Shown one piece after another: positions 1 to 9,900 of a stretch of DNA of 20,506 bases. Position 1 is the first letter of the stretch. Every line of letters begins with the position of its first letter. Origin of the DNA: Selaginella moellendorffii. Its lineage: Eukaryota; Plantae; Lycopodiophyta. The position numbers and the translations under genes are program-made. The stretch is taken from NCBI RefSeq assembly GCF_000143415.4, contig NW_003314319.1, positions 1-20,506 of the forward strand, written 5' to 3'. Below the pieces are notes generated by a model that was not told the origin of the DNA, made no database searches, and was given only the letters and a program-made list of their open reading frames with translations.

Positions 1-807
1 GGCAGAAGGTGGGGAGAGTACCCAGGTGGCTCGCGTAAGGCCACGGTGTTCCGAAATGTTGTCCCAAAGGCCCAGACTGTGGAAAGGAAGAGGAGCAGTC
101 CTCTGGGGTAGTGACCAAGGACACAGTCATGTGGTGAGGAAGTCCCAGAGGACTGTGGGACTTAGTGGTCGGGCCTGTGGGCTTCGATCCAGTGGCAGTG
201 GTCGCAAACACGGCTAAAGGCAGAAAGGGACTTAATAGGGACTGACAAAGGGATATTGGGGAATGCTATTCCCCTTGTCGGTGGGCATCCTAAGGATGCT
301 AAGGAATGGATCTGAGATGACCACTCATGGATGGTTTGCCTAGTCTTGGAGAGCCAAGACTGTGATGCAAGTGGTATTGGACTACCAATGTGGCAAAGGT
401 GATTGGGCATGGCCTTAGTGTAACAAGCTACCATGTCGGTGGTACTTTTGAGTGTTGGTCATGGGATCGGACACATGGAGCACTTGGACTAAGTGCAAAT
501 GTTGAGTGGCATGGATGTTATTCTCGGGGCTAGCAAATCCCAAGTCCTGAATTGGACTTATGGAGGTTGTGAATGAGACTCCTCCAAGTGGTCGGAGGTG
601 TGGTTAAGTGACTAAAGTAGAATGGAAAATTTAGTCGCTTACACTAGGATAGTTGGTTATTCTTGTCAAAAAGGTTTGCTTAATTGTTATTGATATAGAA
701 TGATTCGCTACTCTTTGGGATAGTGGATTCTTTCTTTGATAGTGATTATACATCTCTTTATTGATGGAATGATTGATAGTCTTTCATGATAGTTAGTTAT
801 TCTCCTT

Positions 808-832
808 GAAGCTCTATTTCGTTAAAGTGGGA
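808..832 (+). repeat. Left terminal inverted repeat GAAGCTCTATTTCGTTAAAGTGGGA
   Basis: Reverse complement of 13162-13186 is GAGGCTCTATTTCGTTAAAGTGGGA; one G/A mismatch. Confidence 0.9.
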
Positions 833-1497
833 TTTATTCAGTAAAATGGGACTAGGTACAAATTTTCAAGTATTTGAAAATGACGTGAAATTATATGTTT
901 TTTGTCCAAGGGCTAGACATATCTGGGGCATGGTGACTAGCACGGTGACTTTGTGTCCAGACTGAGTCCATCTGGTTATATAATAAATCTCATTGTCAAG
1001 GTGAACAAGCCGAATCTGAAGCTAAAGAAGAGCGATGGCATGCGCGCACACACTATTTGTTTGTTCATTGAGCTTGTGGTGAGCTTTCCAAGATGAACGT
1101 CATTCCTATTAGCCAGACATATAACTTAATGGTGAGAACATTTAGATATTATTCAATGTTATCTTTTTCTAACGAATCTAATTGTGAAGGTGTAGCAAGA
1201 GGCATTGCTAGTCTGGAGAAGTCATTTAACTCATTTGACCCTTAGTGTATTTTCATGAAACTAAATAACATTCATAGTATTAAGGAATTTCTCTAGTACC
1301 TTTTTTTTACGGCATAGAGGCTTGCATTTCTTTCAAAGGTGATTTAGTAAAAGGCCTGAGGGCACATGCCATTCTATTTCTCAGACCGGTATTAAGATAT
1401 ACTAGTGCAAAGGGCCACATGCCATCACGCCTCCTCTGATTCAGATTCGGATTGTTCACCTTGAAATAAAATACATTAGAAACTTAGTAAAGGAATA

Positions 1498-4400
1498 TTA
1501 ATGAATCTCACCTTGAACCCGGGTTATGAATGCTCTTGCTACATCTCTTACATGGTCTGGCAAGGTGATGGTGGCACTCTGCTTCCACATCCAACCATGC
1601 ACAACATTATCCACCGATATGCTCATGCTAGGATCCCTTGGATTCAGCACCAACCTTTTTTCTAGGCAATCCTTCGTATATCCGGAACTTGGCTTGAACC
1701 ACTCCACAGTTACATTGAAGGAGTTAGTTTCCGCGTCCTCCTCTGCATCAGTGATGCAGCGCCCCACCCATATCATTTGTTTTTTATTACTGGGTCTGAC
1801 AAGCACGACCATTCCTTTGCAAACCTGTACTGGATTGAATGCTGAATCCGGCTTCTTGTTCCTCGGCCCACAATAGTGATCCTCAACATCGTTATCTGTC
1901 ACTGCATTTCAAGAGGACATTGTTCCGCTACTATCTGGTGCTCTGGGTTCTGGCCAAAAGGACTCTTCCAATTCTTCATATACAACCGGCCCATTTTGGA
2001 TAGTAGATATAATCTTCTCCTAGTATTCGAGCAAAGGCTTGCACCTCTTAAAATAGGATTCTCCACCAAACACCAACCCCCTCTTCCAGAAGGCAATATG
2101 CTGTCTAATCCCGGCCACTATACTTTCCTGGTCTTTGAGTCCATCCGGGTGTATCGGCCGTGGGGAACCCTGAGGAATCATAGGTTCCCCAGTTATGGGA
2201 TCTCTCTTGAAGAGTTCAATGCCGTCCACTGGCAGCCACACTGTGTCCCATTCTCTCATCTTGTACCTCATCACTGGAGCACCGTCACGCATGCTGAAAT
2301 GAAACTGAAGAGGCTTGGAGTGGCCAATCAGCATTTCGGATCCGTCCCTGATATAGCCTCTTACAAACCCCTTAAAGTCTGGAACCTCTGTCACAAGTGC
2401 AGCTTCAACAGTGCCTTTGATGCAATTTTGGAATTCATCGTAGAGTTGTGGGAGGGTGAGGACATTGGATCGCTGGAAGGACTCTGCCAGGTGACTGAAC
2501 ATGGCATCGACGTCTTCATGAGTGTGCCCAACCATGAGAAAGCCAAGTGTAACCGTTTCAAATATGCCTTTGGCAACAAGCATCGCCAAGTACGTGAAGA
2601 CGTACATGTTTTTGTTCTTACTGCCAGCATTGTCTGTTTGGAGCAGAAGATGGGGTGGAAGGCCACATTGGCTGCAAGAACTTCCTTGAGATTCTGCTTC
2701 GTTTGGATGAGGCTGTGCATTCACCGGGCGACCAGCCTCGTCGGAATGGCATGAGGCCTCACGTGATAACCTTACAATCTGACGGCCAACATATTCACTG
2801 GGATGGCATGGGGCCCCACGCGATACTGCAAGCCTTTGCTCCTCCTCCAGCTGAACCCTGTATGGGGTTCGATCGACAAGGGCCTTATGCAAGGGTTGGC
2901 TGTTCAGCTCAGTCTGCGCACTTTGCAGAGACCTTAAGTGTTTTGCTAGGGACGCAATCATCATGTTTGCACCCCCGCCACCCCATAGAGGTACAAAGAA
3001 GTTCCCATAGTTCTAGGCACCATGCCCATGAGCGATTATGCCAAACAGAGACACAGGCAGCTGCATGGATGAAAAGATTGCCTTGGGGGTAGGATTGAGT
3101 CGAGGTAAGCACGTCTTTTTTTGGTCCATTTTGTCATGGATGATGCAGAGGTAAGAGTCAGGTCTCTCCATGGAGAGAATCCTGTTATGATAATATGCAG
3201 TCCTGCAGCTTCTCTGCTCGATGTTGTGGTCGAGCCGCCTTCTAACCAACGTCTCTCACTCTTGAGCGCTGCAAAAATTCTTCGACAAAGCTATTTTGAT
3301 AGCAGTGCACTCGTCACACTTTGAAAAGCTAGAGTACTTTCCCCTACTCACATCCCTGAACCTGTTGCTCCACAATCTACTAAATCTAGATTGGCTCAGC
3401 TTCCTGTAGCCATTACTCTGGAGTTCCCGATTCACATCTTCCAATATGGCCCCCTTGGTATACATGGAAGGGAGAACTCGTTGGGTGTCTCGTGTTCCAT
3501 CTTCCAAAAGGCGGGTTTTATGTGGTTGCTGCTCGCTACATGTCTCGACAAACCTCTTGAAGATTGCCTCTCCATATACAACATGACCCCTGGTTTTGTG
3601 CGTACCGTCGTTCCCATGGACTGCCTGTTGAACACTTTGTTCCTTGAACTCAGTTTTGATTCTATAGAATGTGGTTCGAGGGACTCCATAAATGATTCTC
3701 CATGCCTTCATGCAGACCAAACCCCTCTGGAAGACCATGCCCCCCACCTGATGTTCTGAAGCATCAACAGATAACCGTAATGCCTCATACACAAAATTGC
3801 GAGTTGCCTTCCAGGACAATGTCTTGTATCTTGCTCTCTCCTCTTCAATAGCATCCCAATCAGCATGTTGACAGCACCTCCTCTTGCAACAAGCAACTGT
3901 CGAGACCATTCGAACCTCCATCGCCATTTTCTGCCTTTTCGGTTCGTTGCTCAGATCCCTTTGGCTGTGCTGTAGGAAGGTGTACTTTCTTTTCCCATGA
4001 AGAGATGTTCTGTCATCAGTTGTAGTGGTGTTTGATTGTGAATCCTTCACATTCTCAAACACTAAATGCCTCAATTTCCACCGCACAATGCTTCCAATAG
4101 TCAGATTGTTTTCTTCTGTGTCAACAACCTCTAAAATCGCAACTCCAATATCATCCCAGCCCAATTCTTGATTAGCAACCGCATCTCTTGGATCGACAAC
4201 TGTGGCTAAGCCCTCAGCTACCACCTCCCCCTCGGGGTTGTTTAGAAACACCTTTGCCTGAATCCATGTAGCACGGTTCTTAAGATCCATGGAGGGAACA
4301 TGCGTCGCACTTGCTCTATCCCCAACATCTGCTTTCTTCTGCAGATTTTTCAAGGCAACAACAACATTTACCCCGACGACCATCTCTCCTCGTTCAATAG

Positions 4401-4566
4401 CGACCACATTCCCATCGAAGACAGTCTCTACTGATACAGCAGCATTGCCTTCCCCAAGCCTTTGACAGTGTATAACAAAGTTCCGATCCATAGACACAAG
4501 GGTCCCTTTTGCAACTCTCTTCCCACCATTCAAAATGTAAACCTTTTCCCCAACCCTGAAGGCCAT
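1498..4566 (-). pseudogene. DDD transposase, Sola1-like/DUF7869-type, ~1020 codons, interrupted by 4 premature stops
   Basis: ORFs 3256-4566, 3013-3249, 2020-2964 and 1498-1902 share one frame, separated only by stops at 3256-3258 (TGA), 3013-3015 (TAG), 2020-2022 (TAG) and 1909-1911 (TGA). Motifs: CCKRRCC, VCMKAWRIIYGVPRTTFYRIK (HTH-like), FSKCDEC, and catalytic-type IIHDKMDQKK / LQTDNAGSKNKN / FLMVGHTHEDVDAMFS. Confidence 0.85.
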
Positions 4567-4567
4567 T

Positions 4568-4868
4568 CTGAAAGTGCAGAAAAGAAGTTAAGACCATACA
4601 AAAAATGATTGGAGAATGGCCTAAATCATAACATACCAAATAGCATGAGGCCACATGCCATTATTCAAACATGCTATTGACACCCACGTGAAATTTCGCA
4701 TTCACAAAATTGGCATGAGGCCTCATGCCATCTTGATATACACACAGCTGCAGGCAAGTAAAAACATACATGACAATACGCTAGCCATGAAATTGCAAGG
4801 GCCCAAGATGGCATGTGGCCTCATGCCATTTCTAAATGTGGTCCTAAACCATTCCATGGTGAACATAC
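4568..4868 (-). other. Predicted 5'-UTR intron of the transposase gene containing three palindromes
   Basis: Minus-strand acceptor cttttctgcactttcag ends 1 nt before the ATG; best donor TG|GTATGT at 4868 (alternative GTATGT donors at ~4636 and ~4769). Palindromes at 4640, 4710, 4808. Confidence 0.5.
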
Positions 4869-4920
4869 CAGGAAGCACAAGTGCCGAATATCAAGAGGAA
4901 GCGGTAGCCACACCAAAGAC

Positions 4921-5110
4921 AGTGCCGCTCGCAACACCGCAACTACTCGTAGCGCCGCTCACAACACCGCAACTGCTCGTAGCGCCGCTCGCACAAACTG
5001 CCACTCGCATAAACTGCCGCTCGCAATGGCGCTCGCAATGCCGCAACCGCTTGTAAACGCATAAACCACAGCTCACAACGCCGCTTACACAAGCAGCGCT
5101 CACTGCGCTC
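4921..5110 (+). repeat. GC-rich tandem repeat (30-bp unit AGYGCCGCTCRCAACACCGCAACTRCTCGT x2+, then degenerate CGCTCRCA units)
   Basis: Units at 4921-4950, 4951-4980 and partial 4981-4993, with further GCCGCTCGCA-like copies to ~5110. Confidence 0.85.
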
Positions 5111-5852
5111 AACGGAACCAAGAACACGGTGCACAAAAATGATAGACCTAGGAATGAATTCGAGAATTCAAAAATAACACACGCTTGAACGTCACATCAA
5201 ATCCTCTGACAAACCAGATCTTATGATTCCTCTGACAAATTTCAAACTGAGTAGCTTCTAGACTTTGCTGTCGGAGGTTGAACTTTGTCACATCATGTCC
5301 TTGCCTCGATCCAGCTGTGCCATGTCAGTGATTCGAACTTTGCCATGCCATGTCAGCGATCCGCGCCAAGATTATTCGCCGTGTAAAGGAATAATTATGC
5401 TGTGTGTGTACGTCCATTTATGGCAATATAAGGCCACACGCCATTCAAAGAATAATGCTAGTCGAGCATTTTTTGGTGCATTTTTGGGTTCAAAATTGCA
5501 TGAGCCCACACACTATAAAGTTTACCTGTACCAAAAATAGAAACAGCTTTATTTACTTGGGAATTTAAGTGGTTGAGGCATTTTTAAACTTATAAACACA
5601 TGCCCTACTTACATTCATTTGGTTGCTTGAAATTCAAAAATATTATAAACCTTTCTTTTTGCATTTTCAATGTTTTCAATTATGGTTTTTGATTTTCGCA
5701 GGACCAGCCTAGTAATCTATTTGCATCCCGTCATGTTTATAGCTAGCTTTCGTTTGTCCCCTTCACTGGCCTGAGATACATCTGCTCGGAATCTGCCTCT
5801 TACAGCATTTGCCCAGAAAGGGCATCTTTCTTCACGCAGCATTTGCCACATG

Positions 5853-5884
5853 TTTAGGGTTAGGGTTTAGGGTTTAGGGTTTAG
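5853..5884 (+). repeat. Interstitial plant telomeric repeat (TTTAGGG-type, ~4.7 units)
   Basis: tttaggg ttaggg tttaggg tttaggg tttag. Confidence 0.9.
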
Positions 5885-6357
5885 CAATTCAGTAGCTTGA
5901 TAAACATGCAAATACAGAACTTGATGCAAAATCCTTTGATATGTCACAATGCCCCTAGGACCATAAACACATTTCAATAGAGAGGGTCCTTTCATTTCAT
6001 AACTCCTTACGTAGATCTTGGTGAAACCAGAGTTAGTGAAGTTGGTTTCTTGTGATCCCGCATCTGATTGTGATGTCCCTTTGCAGTGTCAATGGAAAGG
6101 TCAATGCACACCAAACTGTAGAATCTTGGAGCAAAATAACGGTCGGATCTATGGCAAATGCCCCTGAAACATTGTAAGGCTCGTGTGGTCTTATGTGGTA
6201 TCTGATCGAGATGCTTCTTTGCAGGGTCATCAAGAAGGACATTGTATACCATTCTGTAAAATCTAGTTGCGATCTAACGGTTGGATCTCCAGGAAACTCA
6301 AAACAATATCGCGCGTGTCAAAATATTTTAGGAATATACTCCTATGTGCTCCTGAAA

Positions 6358-6483
6358 ATGGCATGCGGCCCCACGCCATTCAAGAGATAACGCCAGATGA
6401 CGCCGAGCATTTTTTGGTGCATTTTTTGGGATCAAAATTGCATGAGCCCACACGCTTGAACGTCACATCAAATCCTCTGACAA
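6358..6483 (+). repeat. Composite direct repeat of spacer segments ~5420-5511 and 5178-5212
   Basis: 6449-6483 is identical to 5178-5212 (35 bp); 6404-6453 is nearly identical to 5463-5511; each long copy is preceded by a palindrome plus TCAA. Confidence 0.85.
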
Positions 6484-6779
6484 TTTATTTAGCTGAACAT
6501 CTGGCATTTTTGGAAATACAAGATGCTTTGGAATATCCAATCATGCATGGTATAAATATAGCGAGGGTATTAAATGATATCCCAATCATGATCTTTCTTT
6601 TGGATTTCGCGTGCATGCAGTCCGAGGAATGATGACGTTGCGGATTTCTTTTGGATTTCACGCATTCGCGCGCCGATCCAGAAATTAATGGTGGCGCCCA
6701 AGTCCGAGGAATGATGACGTGGCGGGATTACCAACCGTCGTGAGATTTCGCGCGTGTGAGGTTAGGTTTTGCATTTTGC

Positions 6780-6925
6780 TTCGTACTCGCGCTCGCACAC
6801 TCGCGCTCACATCGCGCTCCCACTCGCGCTCCCACTTCTCTACAGGTTTCTCGTGTGCATCGGCGTCCACTCGCGCTTGCATCACACTCGCGCTCGCATC
6901 GCGCTCGTGTGCATCGGCATCCACT
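6780..6925 (+). repeat. GC-rich ACTCGCGCTC(G/A)CA-type degenerate array upstream of the cargo gene
   Basis: Multiple CTCGCGCTC/CGCTCGCA units. A 20-bp direct repeat AGTCCGAGGAATGATGACGT also occurs just upstream at 6620 and 6701. Confidence 0.8.
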
Positions 6926-8034
6926 TCAAGACACACCCAGTTTGTAACTTTGCCGCCAACTCCGCCGCCCACTCCGCCACCCACACGCAGCCCACTTGGT
7001 GTCCCGGGAGATTTCAGCGCCACTCTCCAACTGTAAGTGGCAGAGTAGCCTTGCTGCTACGATCTGCTGCACACACAGTGCACATTCGCCAGCGAGTCCG
7101 ATTGTCACGCCTCCATTCGGCTTCAAATGGTAAGTCTTTTAGGCCAAGTAGAAAATGGCATGAGGCCACATGCCATTCAGTAGCAACATTGGCATGCACC
7201 GATTGGGCTCTCGAGTGCAGTCCGGTTACAGATGGCGTGTAGCCTCACGCCATCTTAGGATGCAGCCTCAAGACATCTGATGCAGTGGTGAATGGCGTGT
7301 GGCCTCACGTTATTTCCAGCTACTAGCTTTTCATCTGTCAGCTCTAATTGTTGTGCATTTCTGAACAGGCGAGGAATTGCGTTCTTCTTCCAGCCATTGT
7401 CAATGTGGATGCAGAGAAGGGGGAGGAGCTCACCAGTTGGACTTTCGGGATGGAAGGCGAGGATCTGAGGCTATACAACACAGATGGTGGGAGAAAAGAA
7501 TGCATGGGGATCCTCATCCAAGTGACAGACACTCCATGCAGTTCCATACAAGAATATGGACTGGCACTTGTGGTAGAGACAGCGTCTGCCTTCAAGATCC
7601 ACCTTGCACATCCTAGCGGCTTCCCGGAGGGGGGCAGCGGCTATGAGGAATTCCTAGAGGGAGCTAGGGAGAGGTTGTCCAGGAGGCCCACAATTTCAAA
7701 GACGCTGCGGGTCTATGAAGATCACATGGAATCCACGGACCTCACCTACGGCGATGTTCAAAAACTATATTCCAACATTGAGCCGTTGAGAGTGACTCCA
7801 GTTCGCAAAGCAAAGGGGAAGGGGGTCGATCTGGAAACTACCTCGAAGCAGAAAAGGGTGGTCAAGCTCAAGCCGACGTCCGACTCTCCTGCTCCAAAAA
7901 AGAAGCTACTCAGTGATGCCATTGCCTCGGGTTCGAACACTAAACCCACCAAAAAGAAGAGCCGCAAAGAGCAGAAAGAGCAAGAAGAGGCAGCAAAAAT
8001 CGTCGCAGATAATAGTACTTGTTACTATTCCAAC

Positions 8035-8420
8035 AAAGTATATACAATCGACGTGAGCCGTATCGACATCCAAAGCAAATACAACCACAGGCTAGTATCT
8101 GATGAGTGGGTAGAGAAACTGAAGCAGAAGATGCTGGCAAGTCCAGTAACACTCGACATCGCAGACGTGATCCCCTACTACTGAACAATGAAGGGCGAGA
8201 CGAGGTTTCCAGACTTGATCAATAGGAAGGTGTTGGACGATCAGAACATCCGGTTCTATGCCGTCTCCGGGCAGCATTCTAGCTTGGCGATGCAAGAGAT
8301 AGTTGTGGATATTATGGTGGGCGAGGAGGTGAAGAAAGTCTTCAAGACAAGAGTTGTCCGCCTGATAAAAGGCAACTCGCCCCTCCGATCTATCATATAC
8401 ATCTCCCACGCGCAGAATGT
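8035..8420 (+). other. ParB/Sulfiredoxin-like domain region of the cargo protein
   Basis: IDVSRIDIQSKYNHRLVSDEWVEKLKQKM...FYAVSGQHSSLAM resembles the ParB/Srx N-terminal strand-(N..R)-helix and the hhhhxG(Q/E)HRxxA motif; the conserved Arg is replaced by Ser. Confidence 0.55.
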
Positions 8421-9269
8421 CAAGCAAGAAACGTGCTACAAATCGGGTCTGCACGAGACATTGGCACGAACACAGAAGCTCGGGTTCAACTGAAGAAGCC
8501 ACAAAAACCAGGACAAGGACGTGCACTAGCAACTAGCGCCTGGCAGGTAAGCCTCGTTGCATGTGGCATAGCATGTGGTCTCACGCCATTTCCATTGCAG
8601 GAATTCTCGAGTCTTCTCTCGAAAACACTGGGGGTCAATGACACACTCAGCATCCATAACATTCTACTCGCGACAAAAGTTGTTTTTGACAAATGGGTAG
8701 ATGTGCTGAGGAGGTACCATGACGGGGAGTTGCCAAACTCAATGGGTGTGGAGGACGGCCGGAAGCCCAATGATTTGAAGCTCAACGCCTTGCGTTTCTC
8801 GCGGTCTCTAGACGACGACGACCTTCTGATAGTGGCTAATGCTCTTCTACGTGGTGAGGTAGTCTTCAACAAGACCAAAATGACTCCCGGCCATATTGTG
8901 ACATACGAGGACTTGTGCACGACTCTGAGAGCTCGTGCGCTATTGAAGGATTGGATCTTCGAGCAAGTGGCCGTGGAGAGGGTGAGCATCGACACCACGC
9001 AAGAGATGATGGAAGCGCTGGAGTTGTCAAATGAAGACATCGACGAGTACGTGAAGGGGGCCCCCAAGTTCATCGATCTGCTGCGGGATGCCACGAAAAG
9101 TAAAGCTGAGAAGTTGGATCAGTATCCAAATTTCATTAAGATTGATGTCGACCGCCGGCTTCAGAAACAGCTCGACCCCGCAGTAGGGGCCTATCGAGAA
9201 CCTGACCGGGTATACTTGAATTCGGATGAGGATCAAAGGTGGAGGAGCATCGTTTCCCGCGGAGATGAG

Positions 9270-9900
9270 CAGGTCAAGAACATCTTTTGTGTGATGGACT
9301 TCACAAACGAAGAGATCACTCATGCAGACGAAGTCAGCTCCATCATTGACTTAATGGTGGGACTTGCGGAGGTGGAATCTTCAGTCCACTATATGATCTA
9401 CGACTCCGAATCCTATCACAAGTTCTGGAAGGCCTTGAACGAGGTGAAGGCTCGGTTGAAAGGCAAGGAGATGCGGGAGATCCATGGGATAATGGCTAAG
9501 AAGAAGATACCGACGAATGTCTGCATCTTCACACTCGCCCTTGTTATTGGTCCTGCAGCAGAGTGGGACTGGAGTGACTTCCCAGCTTCGTTCGACAAGG
9601 CCAATCGAATTGATCTGAGGGAGGTCAATTTACCCGTGCCTGAGGAACTGAAGACGGCTATGGAGCTTTCGAATCCAAAGAAAGCTCCAGGTGTAGCATG
9701 GGAAATGCTCAGCTGGGTCTTCAACGCAATAGCGGGTGGGTCACCTGCTTCCGACTCCAAGGGCAAATGCGTTGTCGAGTACAACTGCGGCGGACTATTC
9801 TTTCGAGCCGCACTACTCAAGGGTGTCCCGTGTGTTGCGGTGACAAACTCCATTGAAGAGGTGACTTCAATGGAGCATATAATTACAGTTGCCAAAGAAA
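9270..9900 (+). other. Degenerate beta-class (N6_N4_Mtase-like) DNA methyltransferase fold, probably inactive
   Basis: Motif order resembles beta-class MTases: NIFCVMDFT (DPPY position), SSVHYMIYDSESYHKFWKALNEV, NPKKAP...LSWVF, CVVEYNCGGLFFRAALLKGVPCVAV (cf. VLDPFxGSGTTxxAAxxxGRxxIG). Confidence 0.45.

Noticed and set aside
162-434. Minus-strand 90-aa ORF as a gag start or other gene
   Set aside because: No recognisable motif. The flank (1-807, continuing at 13187-14061) looks like retroelement non-coding or antisense-ORF DNA, but I cannot assign it.
1526-3759. Plus-strand ORFs (1526-1876, 1876-2754, 2655-3092, 3391-3759)
   Set aside because: Antisense shadows of the transposase frame with no domain features.
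4655-7242. Short ORFs over the GC-rich arrays and spacer (e.g. 4655-5056, 6007-6252, 6685-7023, 6769-7242)
   Set aside because: Stop-poor repeats or unassignable short ORFs; no recognisable protein.
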